DNA from: Scyliorhinus canicula
Taxonomy: Eukaryota
NCBI RefSeq assembly: GCF_902713615.1
Contig: NC_052147.1
Location: 166,760,410 to 166,824,409 of the forward strand
Length of the DNA: 64,000 nucleotides
Direction of reading: 5' to 3'
Positions 9,819 through 21,687 of the stretch are shown one piece after another (within the stretch, counting starts at the first letter, position 1; every line of letters starts with the position of its first letter). The position numbers and the translations under genes are program-made. The notes under the pieces are model-generated. The model was not told where the DNA came from and made no database searches. It worked only from the letters and a program-made list of their open reading frames with translations.

Positions 9819-11321
9819 ATGGGGAAGGCAAGGATAAATCAGAATTTATATATTGAATTGGAATTCTTCGTAGCCTAATTTGACAAGTTATTAATTTAAA
9901 AACCTGTGACTTTTTCCACAGATTATCTTTTACGAGGACAGGAACTTCCAGGGTCGGCACTATGAGTGCAGCAGTGACTGTGCTGACCTGTCCTCTTACT
10001 TCAGCCGCTGTAACTCCGTCCGTGTTGACAGTGACTGGTGGGTGATGTATGAGAAACCCAATTACATGGGATACCAGTACGTTATGAGCAGGGGAGAATA
10101 TCCTGACTACCAGCGCTGGATGGGATTCAATGACAACATCAGGTCATGTCGCTCCTACCCATATGTAAGTTGCTTTTGGTGATTTTTATTTTGTATCCAA
10201 GCTAAGCCTTAGATAATGATCAGTGTGCTGAACATTTGAAGAGCCATCAGCTGTTTTCACAGGTCTGATTTTAACTTTGGCCTGTGGTGGTTAACAGGTA
10301 GTTAATTGTCTCCCTGTCAAACATCCAGCCTGATTTACCAATCCACTGGCATGTCTTTCGGTCACTGCCTGAAGTTAATTTTGTAATTTTTCAGACGCTG
10401 TTAAGTTGTGCGAGATGGACCTTAATGTATTGGTTGTGCAAGCTGGGGCTACGTCTGGGTGTCATGTCGACACTCTATTGCAAAATCTGGTGTAATTAGA
10501 TACATTTATTGTCGATTCATTAAATATTTAGAACTGAAATCCACATTGATGCATTGACATTGCTGAAAGTAATTAAATCATCTACAGATAGACTGAGACA
10601 TGATTGGAAATATGGTGACAGACATGTGCATACTCACTCCATTCACCTTATTGTAAATGTTTAATACTTTTGAGGAAAGAGAAAGTTGTTCCCATACAGA
10701 GAAACAGAAACAAGCTGATCACAATAGGAAACAGAAATATATACAGATTATTACTGATATTGATAAACCTCTGTCTGTGTGCACGAACTAATATCAGCCC
10801 TGTGCACTCTTACACACACATCACTGATTAACTGTTTAAAATTAGATAGGAGCTGCTTGTTGGTAACAAGTCTAAAAGATAACCTATTGAATCGATGTTC
10901 ATAAATTATCTCAGCTTTGTTCTCATTGTTGATCTCATCATCTGGGCTCCATTATATTCCTTCCTTCACAATGTTTCTCTTTTACTGCATATAACAAATG
11001 TATATTTATTATTTAATCATTAATATAATCTGATTTGTCTTACAGTACCGAGGTGGAAACTACAAAATGAGGATTTACGAGAGGCCTGACTTTGGAGGAC
11101 AGATGATGGAATTCATGGATGACTGTCCATCTGTCTACGATCGTTTCCGTTACCGTGACATCCACTCCTCCCATGTGATGGACGGTTACTGGACCTTCTA
11201 TGAACATCCCAACTACAGAGGCCGACAGTACTTCATGCGACCCGGTGAATACAAGAGATACAGTGACTGGGGCGGCTACAACTCAACTATCGGATCTTTC
11301 AGACGCATGAGAGATTTCTAG
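9819..11321 (+). CDS. Gamma-crystallin, copy 1 (175 aa); exons 9819-9827, 9922-10164, 11046-11321
   Basis: MGK|[35 protein letters not shown]...RSYPY|[20 protein letters not shown]...GSFRRMRDF*. Four Greek-key motifs and the classic gamma-crystallin 9-nt coding exon 1 plus one exon per domain, with phase-0 introns. Intron 1 is GC-AG (94 nt) and intron 2 is GT-AG (881 nt). AATAAA at 11371. Confidence 0.96.
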
Positions 11322-11759
11322 TTTTTCATTGTAAAATATGATCTTAATTTATTGAATTAGTTGTCAACATAATAAATACTCTCTATTACTCTGTCATCTT
11401 ATTTAAATCACTTATTTTGAATTCTTGACAGAAACTGCTCAAAGCAGTGTGACTTATCCGGTGGGCACCTGCACAATATCTCACCACAGTGATCTCAGGT
11501 TTGTGATTATCAGTAAAATGAAAAAATAGAGAAGCAGCAAATGTGTGGACTGATCCTGCCAGAAAAACTGGGTCGGTGCCAATCCTCTGCTGATCTTACT
11601 AAAGTTTGTGCAGTCAACAGGAGATTATCTAATTTCTCTGGGTAACTCAGGCATTTTATTGTGAGATATAGTGATCTGTTGGGACAGATAGAAGTGATGA
11701 GGAGTGGGTTTGGGAATTTGAGAGGTAGCATGTGGACCTGATGCCAGGAAATAGGTGGT

Positions 11760-11976
11760 AACTTATCCTCGCAGCTCAGTGGAGGGTGACATTGGATGGA
11801 GGTTCTCCTTGTCCTGCTGCTGAACTAACAGTTCAGTGCCAGGCAGCACTGGTGACCCTGCGGCTGGTACTCCAACCTCCTCGGGAGAACTGGATGTCAA
11901 GCCTCTCATTCACAGCGTTGAGAAGCTTGGCCTGGTCGGCATCACAAAAGTGAGGAGCAGGTCTGTACCCTGCCAT
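11760..11976 (-). pseudogene. Old Harbinger Myb/SANT exon-1 remnant; paralogs at about 27580-27813 and 53650-53887
   Basis: The best-preserved paralog reads MAVRRPAPGFGDDDLAKLLNAVNERLDILFSRGGWRTSSRVTNAAWEAVAAAV, a Myb_DNA-bind_5-like pattern homologous to the exon at 23456-23689. Confidence 0.65.
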
Positions 11977-13461
11977 GTTTGTTTGTTAACTGGAGTAGGT
12001 TGTGAGGGAGCACTTAAAAATAGCTTCTCCTTGTTAGTGACGAGGAGCTGAGGCAGAAAATACAACTGGTTAACTATTATCAAGTTCCTGAATTCCCACT
12101 TTAACTTGCCTCTGTAGTTTTAGCAATACTAACACCCCCCCCCCCCCCCCCCCCCCCCCTCCTTGCACCACCGCCACCTACCTTCTCAAACACGCACACA
12201 GGCTTTCTGGACAGAGAGATAGTGCATAATGCAGCATTTTGGAGATAACTAGCTGGATCTTTTCTCTTTTCTGACAAAATCAAAACTGAACATTTGAGGC
12301 TGGGACTCTGAAATGCATACCAGTGGGATAATATCTAATCACCACCTGTAACCATGCAGAGCACAGCCCTTTGGATCAATTCATTGGCCACCAGCAAAGC
12401 AATCAAACCAAACCCTAACCCCCATCTCTCACTGGTGCCCAAATGTCTGCAGCTCCAGTTTAAACCAGCAAGTGATCTCTCCTTAAACGTCTGCATTCTA
12501 CTGAACTAAAGACACAGGCTGCTTGCCTTAAAGATGCATGTCGATTAATCATCTGTGGATCAAAATATCAATGGCAAAATAAAGGAAAGGGGGAATAAAG
12601 GCAATAAGCATGATGCTTCCTTATAACCTCAATTGGAACCCAAAAAGTGGAAGTGAAGTGACTAGGATGTTAATGATTTCAAACTTCCACTCCAGGTGAT
12701 GGGCTGTCAGTGTCTTTAAATGATGGCATTCATGTGGTTACTTCCACTCTTCTACACTTCTGTCATTATCCATCCTCATTACATAAAAATATTTATTTTC
12801 TTGGCTTCCTACACATAAACAAAAACATTGCCAGAATACTTGCTGAGTCTTTCTTCACACATGTCTGCGAGATAGGTTGCAGGGTGTCCATTTCACTGAT
12901 ACGTACAAACAATGTACATTTATATTTTATATCTCTCTGAATTACTTTTTCAACAATTGCAATATGGTTGTTACAAAATGTTAACTGCCAAGACTGAATT
13001 GGTTCTGAATGTGGACAACAACATGCTGGTATGTCATAAACCCAACGTGATTCGTTCACTTTAGAAATAAGTTTGAAATACAAACGGGATCACGAGTCAG
13101 CCACTTGTACACCCAATTCCGTCTTTAACCCAGGATTCCGACTTCAACATGCAGTGCTCATATTTTACGAGCTCATTCAGGTGTGATGTGACTGGACAAT
13201 CTTCTTACTTCACTACATTACCTAAGTGTTTATAGATTGACGATAGCACAGGTTAGATAGAGAATGAAGCTCCTTCCACTAATATACTTATCGCATTTTC
13301 CACCAGCTTTTCTTTGACCTCTTAATTTGTGCCAAATTTCAGGCCCTCTGAGTGCAGGTGAAGATAATAAAGGAGAATCAAAAAAGTGTTAAAAACTTTT
13401 TCTGAGATTGGCATATGCTGTTTGCATCTGTTTCTAATTCACCTTAAAATTCTCTCACTTA

Positions 13462-13693
13462 GGGCAGCATGGTGGCACAGTGGTTAGCATTGCTGCCTAC
13501 GGCGCTGAGGACCCGGGTTCGAATCCCGGCCCTGGGTCACTGTCTGTGTGGAGTTTGCATGTTCTCCCCGTGTTTGCGTGGGTTTCACCCCCACAACCCC
13601 CCAAAGATGTGCAGGATAGGTGGATTGGCCATGCTAAATTGCCCCTTAATTGGAAAAAATAATTGGGTACTCTAAATTTATTTAAAAAAAAAC
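13462..13693 (+). mobile_element. Short A-tailed V-SINE
   Basis: A/B boxes, partial V core and an A tail. TSD TCTCTCACTTA / TCTCTCATTTA. Absent from the paralogous site near 29120. Confidence 0.88.
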
Positions 13694-14089
13694 AAATCTC
13701 TCATTTAAATCTATTTCCCTGTTCTCACGGATAATTGTGCATCGAAAATGGCTCAACTGCATTTGAGTTTAAATCTGCAGGTGTGTCTGTAAAAAAGCTG
13801 AGTCGGTGAACACAGTCCAGCACAGTGAAGCATTGTATCAATTTGATACATATTATTGCTTTTGGAGCCATGAGATTATTGAATAGTGGCACAGGCTGGG
13901 TGGGCCAAATAGACTAATCCTGCTCCTGATAACGTGGCTGGCACTGAGGACTTTGGTGGAATTAATGACATTGGGATTAGTGCCAGGATATTGAGCATTA
14001 ACCTGCATGGTTCATTCCCTATGGTCAAATAGTAACTGCCTATGAGTGAGTGGAAGCGTTTTGGTTCAAGTAGGGTATGTCCCAGAAGC

Positions 14090-14282
14090 CCCTTTCCCCT
14101 TTGAGGGGGAGAGCAGATTGGTGGGGATTTAACCTGAGAATCACCACACCTCAGGCAAGGGGCAAGGCTGAGAAGGCGGGGCTTCATGGATAACCTCAGA
14201 GGGTACGGGAATTGCACCCGTGCTGTTGGCCTCACTCTGCATCACAATCCAACTGTCCAGCCAACTGAGCTACACCGACCCC
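14090..14282 (-). mobile_element. tRNA-derived SINE of a second family; paralogs at about 29515-29703 and 55940-56130
   Basis: The minus strand begins GGGGTCGGTGTAGCTCAGTTGG (A box), has a B-box-like GGTGCAATTCC, then the body CCTGAGGTGTGGTGATTCTCAGGTTAAA. Confidence 0.7.
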
Positions 14283-14569
14283 AGTATTTGACAGAGTTAA
14301 GATCAGATGCACACAGAGATATGTGCATACACTCAATGGCACCCTGCATTATGGAAAAATCCCAAATCCTTAAAAATCCTTGTTCTCACTCTACCTGCTT
14401 ATCTCTGGTATGCCAAAAGGAGATGAATTTGCATAGAGAGCCTCATAATGTAAACTCTGAGATGTTGATAGCATTTCCAGGAGCTCCATTACAGGAGCAT
14501 GATGCATTAAAATTCATAATTCTAGTCACCTTGATAACCACAGACAATGTGATCCTTGACCTGCCATGA

Positions 14570-15130
14570 GGTTACAAAGGAAATCAGAGGAGGTTGGCTA
14601 TTCAACCCCTCAACTCTGCTCCGCCATTCATCTAGTGACTAGATTCTAGTCCATGGTTGATCTTCTATATCATCGGTATTTTCCTGCACTTTCCCCATAC
14701 CTCTGATATCTTTAATATCTAGACATTATCAATCTCTGTCTTGAACATAGTCAATGATGAGACTTCACAGCCCTCAGAGGGTAGTGAATTCCAGAGACAC
14801 ATCACCCTCTGAGTGAAGGAAATCATCTTAATCTCAATTCTAAATGTTCTACCCCTTATTCTGGAATTATCTCCGCTGGTTATAGATACCCCACCTTCCT
14901 ACCCCAGCCAGAGCAAACATCCATCCTCCATCTACCCTGGCAATCCCCCAAAGAATTTTGTAAGTTTTATGAAATCGCCTCTCATTCTTTTGAGCCTTGG
15001 AGAATACAGACCCAGTCTCCTCAATCTCTCCTCATAGGACAATCCCACCTACCCAGGAATCCGTGCAGAGAATCTCCACTGCCTCGCTTTATGGCAGGTT
15101 TGTCCTTCTTTACGTAAGAAGACTAAAACT
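14570..15130 (-). mobile_element. Old CR1 LINE 3' fragment; paralogs at about 29990-30850 and 56405-56785
   Basis: Reverse strand shows CR1 ORF2 C-terminal remnants (SFTQRVMDLWNSLP...MFKTEI in the paralog) and a CR1-like tail. Confidence 0.7.
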
Positions 15131-16438
15131 GAGAGCCACTTAATTGGCGGACCTTCTCTAAAAAAGGCAATGTGGGGCTCCACTGGTTCTCCAGCTAATT
15201 GGTGAGTCCCTGCTTCAATCCATTAAACTCAACCAAGAATCAAACTCTGGCGGAGAATTGGGCATCTGACCGAAATTGAGGTTTGAGTCGGGCGGTGAAC
15301 CGACAGCTATGGTCTCGCCCTTCTGCTGGTGGTGGAATCAGGCTTCACGCCCACCAGTAGATGCACATGGGTCCTATTGATCCATTCTAAGCGGCCATTT
15401 TGAGTGGGCAGCCGGATAGCGGAATTCCCTCAAGTATCCCTTGTATTCCTGGCACATATAAATTTGCAAGGCGATGGATCATTTATTACACTCCTGTATT
15501 ATCTTGATATACTTTGGAGTGTAATATGTGCAACTCAAACCTTGGTTAATGATGAGGTCTTCTGAATCTCGATGAAGAAGACTCAAACTCGTCCAGTAGT
15601 AACAAAAGGTTTATTGAGTAACTATAACAATAATTGCAGAGTTCTTTACTTTAACATTGATACTAGTGATAAGGTGGATGTGGGTTTGAGTAGGGTGATC
15701 ATGGCTCGGCACAACATTGAGGGCCGAAGGGCCTGTTCTGTGCTGTACTGTTCTATGTTCTATTTAGCTGCCACCTCTTCCTTATTATCATTGACAACAT
15801 CAATAATCAGTTTGCAAGGGGTTTGCAATGTTCCTGAACAATGGGCTAGATTCTCCCTTTGCCAACGCCAAAATCGTGAAATGCAATTGGGCGGAGAATA
15901 GCTTTGGACACCAAATTCGTGGTAGACGCTGGTTAAATCAGGATGCTCCGGCACCCCAAAAATGGCATAAATGTGGCGCTTGCTACGCGGGCAGGAAATA
16001 CAGTAGGCATATTATTAGCGGGCCTGACACCCGATACTCTGGGGCCTCAGCAATTCACCGCCTGCGATGAATAGAGTTAAGGAATCGCAAAGATAAAAAG
16101 ACCCTGATGGGAGTTATGTACAGTCTGACTAGCAGTAGCCAGGATGTGGGGCAGAAAATAAATCAAGAGATAGAGAAAGCTGTAAAAAAGGCTACATTAC
16201 AATAATCATGGGGGACTTCAATATGCAGGTGGACAGGGAAAATTAACTTGGTTGTGGATCCCAAGAAAAAGAATTTGTGGAATGTTTAAGAGATTTTTTT
16301 TGGAGCAGCTTGTGGTAGAGCCCACAGGGGAACAGGTAATTTTGGATTTGGTGATGTGTAATGAGGCAAACCCTGCAGTTTGAGAGGGAGAAGATGCAAT
16401 CAGATGTAGCAGTATTACAATTAAATAAGGGTAACTCC

Positions 16439-16839
16439 TGTAATAATATACATCTATGTATATAATGGAGTGCAGACAGGCAGTGATTGACACACAGGAT
16501 GACCAGTAAGCACACAGAACACAGCAGCCAATCACCAGACAGGATACGACCACTATAAAGCCAGAGGGCACCAGTTTTCCCGCTCTCTCGGCCTCCAGCC
16601 TCTGAGACAGTCCGAACTCGTGAGCATAGCCAGTGAAAACACCATATGGTAGTCAGTTAGTCTGGTTAGGCTAGCCTCAGGTCTCCAGTCAAGTCAACTT
16701 AGTGTCAACCCATAGTTGATCATGTAAAATAGTTAGATGTTAAATAAAATCATGTTGCATCTCATTAAGTGTTGGAGTCTGTCTCTCGCTACACTGCATC
16801 AAACGCAGTCCACATAGACCCAGCCTGCCCAACACATCA
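16439..16839 (+). mobile_element. Solo LTR (401 bp) in the CR1
   Basis: TG...CA ends. TSD ACTCC/ACTAC, with the empty site GTAACTACAAAG at 41441. Internal TATAAA (16554) and AATAAA (16743). Confidence 0.85.
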
Positions 16840-17680
16840 ACTACAAAGACATGAAGGAGGAGCTGGCCAAAGTTGATTGGAAAAGGAGCCGAGCAGGGAT
16901 AGCTGAACAGCAATGGCAGGAGGTTTTGGGGGTTATTTGGGAGGCACAGCAAAAATTCATTCCAAAGAGGAGGAAACATGCTAAGGGGAGGACAAGGCAT
17001 CCATGGTTGACGAGGGAGGTCAAGAACAGCATAAAAGCAAAAGAAAAAGCATAGAAAGTGGCGAGGATTAGTGAGAAGCCACAGGATTGGGAAGCCTTTA
17101 AAAGCGAGCAGAGGACAACTAAAAATTTAATTAGGAGAGAGAAGATGAAATATGAGTTCCAGCTAGCTAGTAATATAAAAGAAGATAGGAAGAGATTTTT
17201 TCAATATATTAAAGGTAAGAGAGAGGCAGAAACAGAACTGGACTACTGGAAAATGAGGCTGGATCAGTAGTAACAGGAAACAAAGAAATGGCAGAGGAAC
17301 TGTACAATTACTTTCTATCAATCTTCAAGGTGGAAGACACCAGTGGGATGCCAGAGCTCCCGGAGAATCAGGGGGCAGAGGTGAGTGCAGTGGCCATCAC
17401 TAAGGAGAAGGTTCAAGGAAACTGAAAGATCTGAAGGTGGATAAATCACTAGACTGGACACACTACATCCCAGGGTCCTAAAAGAGATAGCTGAGGAGAT
17501 TGTGGAGGTATTGGTGATGATCGTTCAAGAATCACTGGAAGCAGGAAGGGTCCCAGAAAGTGGCTAATGTAACACCACTGTTTAAGAAGGGAGGGAGGCA
17601 GAAAACTGGAAATTATAGGCTGGTTAGCCTGACTTTGGTCATTGGTAAGATTTTAGAATCCATTATTAAAGATGAGATTA

Positions 17681-17910
17681 GGGCAGCACGGATGTCTAGT
17701 GGTTAGCACAACCGCCTCACGGCGCTGAGGTCCCAGGTTCGATCTCGGCTCTGGGTCACTGTCCGTGTGGAGTTTGCACGTTCTCCCCGTGTCTGCGTGG
17801 GTTTCGCCCCCACAACCCAAAAATGTGCAGAGTAGGTGGATTGGCCACGCTAAATTGCCCCTTAATTGGAAAAAATGAATTGGATACTCCAAATGCATTT
17901 TTAAAAAATT
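17681..17910 (+). mobile_element. Short A-tailed V-SINE in the CR1
   Basis: Same SINE family. AAAGATGAGAT duplicated on both sides. Absent from the paralogous CR1 near 42285. Confidence 0.88.
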
Positions 17911-19889
17911 AAAAGATGAGATCGGCGAGTACTTGGAAGTGCATGATAAAATAGGACTGAGTCAGCACGGCTTTGTCAAAGGGAGGACATTTCTGACAAA
18001 TCTGTTAGAGTTCTTTGAGGAGGTAACAAGGAAGTTAGACAAAGGAGAACCAGTGGACGTGATGTATTTAGATTTCCAGAAGGCCTTTGACAAGGTGCCA
18101 CATGGGAGACTGTTAAATAAGTTAAGAGCCCATGGTATTAAGGATACGATCCTGCTATGGATAGAGGATTGGCTGACTGGCAGAAGGCAGAGCGTGGGGA
18201 AAAGGGGTCTTTTTCAGGATGGCAGCCGGTGACTAGTGGTGTGCCTCAGAGGTCTGTGCTGGGACCATAACTTTTCACAATATACATTAATGGTCTGGAG
18301 GAAGGAACTGAAGGCATGTTTCTAAGTCTGCAGATGATACAAAGATATGTAGAGGGACAGGTAGTATTGAGGAAGACAGGGGGCTGCAAGAGGATTTGGA
18401 CAGGCTAGGGGAGTGGCAAAGAAGTGGCAGATGGAATACAATATGGAAAATTGTGAGGTTATGCACTTTGGAAGGAGGAATTCAGGCTTAGACTATTTTC
18501 CAAATGGGGAAATGCTCAGGAAATCAGAAGCACAAAGGGACTTGGAAGTCCTTGTTCATGATTCCTCTAAGGTTAACGTGCAGGTTCAATCGGCAGTTAG
18601 GAAGGCAAATGCAGTGTTAGCATTCATGTCAAAAGTGCGAGAATGCCTGACCAGGGATGTACTCCTGAGGCTGTATAAAGATCTGGTCAGACCCCATTTG
18701 GAGTATTGTGAGCCATTTTGGACCCCGTATTTCAGGAAAGCTGTGCTGGATTTGGAAAGGGTCCAGATGCGGTTCACAAGAATGATCCGTGTAATGAACA
18801 GCTTGTCGTATGAGGAACGGTTGAGGACTCTGGGTCTGCAGTCGTTGGAGTTTAGAAGGATGAGGGGGGATCTTGTTAAAACATATTGGATACTGCCAGG
18901 CCTGGATAGAGTGGATGTGGAGAGGATGTTTCCACTTGTAGGTAAAACTAGAAGCAACGGACACAATCTCAGACTAAAGGGACAATTCTTTAAAACAGAG
19001 ATGAGGAGGAATTTCTTCAGACAGAGGGAGGTGAATCTATGGAACTCTGCCGCAGAAGGCTGTGGAAACCACATCACTGAGTGTCTTTAAGACAGAGATA
19101 GATAGGTTCTTGATTAATAAGGTGATATGGGGTTATGGGGAAAAGGCAGGAGAATGGGGATGAGAAAAATATCAGCCATGATTGAATGGTTGAACAGACT
19201 TTATGGGCCTAGTGGCCTCATTCTACTTCTATATCTTATGGTCTGATGGCCGAGTTCCTGACAGCGTCGTTCACTTGAGGTTATAAAAATCGTGAACCTG
19301 GAATTCTGGCTGCTGAGAGAGAGGAGGTAGGAAATGGTGGGGCGTGACTGCGGGCTGCTGGCCCGGACACCGGCCGTGCTGGCTGTGGCAGTGGGGCCCC
19401 TGCCAGGGCCGGGGGAGGGAAAGGGAGGAACAGGCCGAGCAGCCGGGGTGCCCCCCACAGGACTAAGGCGGTGCCCAGGCACCGACCGCCCTTACGGTGG
19501 CCATCTTGCTGACCACCCATGCTGGCCACTGGTTCTACACAGTGACACCGTCCGTATTGGTGCGACCACTCCCGTGCCTCACCCCCCGCCACAGCGTGCA
19601 CCCCTTCCCCCGAACACCCCACCGAACCAGCACCCACCCACCGAGTACCACCCAGGGCCACACACACGCAGCCCCCAGTGAGGGCAGTGCCAGCCAACGC
19701 CAGCAGGAACGGGCGCCAGGACCGGGGCGCCAGATGACGCCTGATACCAACGGGGCAGGTGTGGGGGGGTGGGTCATGTGTGGGTGGGGCCCGCAGTGCT
19801 AACGGGGGCCACAATGTTGTCCATGGAACCTGGATGGGTACGGGAGTATGTGCCATTCCAACATGTTGGCCTTTCACCCCCTGCAGCGA

Positions 19890-21137
19890 ATGGCTTTCGG
19901 GCATCAACCTGCGTGCTGACTGCCTTGGCTACGGCCGCAGCTCTGCAAGATGCCCTGCGGCAGTGTGAGCGGAGGCCACTCAGAGAGGAGGCGGAGACTG
20001 CAGCAGAGGAGCAGGCTGCAGAGGGGCAGGTGGCAGTCACACAGGATGGAGGGCCGCCTGCTCGACAGGCCGAAGAAGAGGAGGAGGTGCCAAGGAGGCA
20101 CATCATGAGGCCCCGCGTGTACCACAGCCGCATGACGTTTGAGCACCTTCTGGAACGGGCATGCAGATGGAGACTGCAGATGAGCAGAGGGACAGTGCAA
20201 CATATATGCCAGATGATGGCACACCTGGCACCGCAGGGGTATGGGGGAGGACACCTGCTCTTGGTGGCCTTGAAGATGATGGTCATGCTGAAATTCTATG
20301 CCATGGGGTCATTCTATTCGCAGAGTAGGGACCTGCCCAGGATTTCACATACATCAGTTAAGGAGGCCCTATAAGGCAATAGGATCAGTACATCCAGTAC
20401 CATGTGGACCGCATCCACCAGGATGCCCGGGCAATGGGGTTCGCTGCCGTCGCCGGGATGCCCCGGGTCCAGGGGATGGTCGACGGGATGTAGGTCGCCC
20501 TACGGCCACCTGCGGATAACATGACACTATATACATACAAACAGGAAGGGCTACCACTCCATGAACATAAAGCAGGTCTGCGACCAACAGATGCGCATCA
20601 TGCACATCTGCGCCCCATTCCCGGGGAGCGTGCATGACTCCTTCATACCGACACACTCAGTCATCCCCAACCCCCCCTGCCCCCCCCCCCCCCCAACCCA
20701 GTTGCGGGGCTGGCATTGCTGGGCGACAGGGGTTACCCATTGCCGTTGTGGCTGGTGACATCTATCCGGAGGCCATTGACCGACGTGGAGACCCGCTACA
20801 ACGATGTCCATACAGCGACCAGGGGTGTGGTCAAGCGGTGCTTCGGAGTCCTGAAAATGCGCTTCAGGTGGTAGATAGCTCTGGAGGGCCCCTCCATTTC
20901 GTGTCTGGGAGGATCGCCTGCATCGTGGTCGCCTGTTGTGTCCTCCAGAATCTAGCTCAGCAGAGGGGGCGATATGCTGGAGAAGGATGAGGAGGAAGGG
21001 CAGGCCTCATCCGAAGAGGCGGATGTGGGGGAGGGGAACAATGAGCGGGACATAGGACCCGGGCAGGCACAGGAGGCCGCACCACGCCTTCACAGAGCAC
21101 ATGAGATACCCTCGTCGCATCATGTTTAACCAACTAG
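19890..21137 (+). pseudogene. Harbinger transposase pseudogene (copy A)
   Basis: RLQMSRGTVQHICQMMAHLAPQGYGGGH, FPGSVHDSFI, LLGDRGYPL and VVKRCFGVLKMRF blocks, with stops and frameshifts. TATAAAA near 19282, donor GAG|GTAGGA near 19327 and acceptor CCCCCTGCAG ending 19886. Confidence 0.88.
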
Positions 21138-21687
21138 AGGGAGGGGACGGTTGCTGGCCAGGGGCACGGACACCACCATCCCAGCCCCACACCCCCTCAT
21201 CTCCCACACCAACAATCCATCCGCATGCACACCCCCTCAAAGACACATACCTGGGTTGGCGGTGACAGGAGGTCTGGTCCATGGGATGGAGGATGATGAC
21301 AGCCCACTCTGCGATGAGCTCTGTGATCCACATCGTATGACAGTGTCTGAATCATGCCCACAGAAGCATCTTCCAACTGGGTGATCCCTGCATGTGAGCT
21401 GGCCAGCCCATCACACGGTCCCGTCGAATCCCTGGGGAGGGGGTGCTGGGCATGTTTGAGGCAGTGGGGGAGGGGAGGGAGGGAGGGTGGGGAGCATGGC
21501 CCACCCATGGGGCCTGCACTGGTCCCCCACACCCCCTAACCAGGACTGACCGGCCCACCCCCATACCCATCAGACAGAGCACTGAGGCAGGTTTCAAAGG
21601 TGTTAACAGGCGTTTATTGTGAACAAATATACACAGTATGTGCCCTAGACCCCCTATAACTAAACTGTGCCCTGCACCCATGCCAAC

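Larger units (their letters stand above)
5200..15480 (+). repeat. Tandem duplication unit around gamma-crystallin gene 1
   Basis: Colinear homology by eye. 5200-8270 matches 31230-35375 and 57160-59070. 8270-9819 matches 23949-25942 and 48495-52377. 11322-15480 matches 27048-31205 and 53277-57140. Confidence 0.92.
16070..19244 (+). mobile_element. CR1 LINE (5'-truncated, decayed ORF2) nested in Harbinger A
   Basis: Endonuclease remnant IIMGDFN and RT motifs QHGFVKGR...YLDFQKAFDKVPH, ADDTK and LVRPHLEYC. CR1 3' tail present. GATG on both sides (16066-16069 and 19245-19248). Confidence 0.92.

Noticed and set aside
12190-12550. Possible ancient LTR remnant (longer version at about 54020-54690)
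   Set aside because: No TG...CA ends, TSD or PBS could be identified.
13462-13535. tRNA genes
   Set aside because: The A/B boxes belong to SINE heads that run directly into SINE bodies, and no complete cloverleaf is evident.
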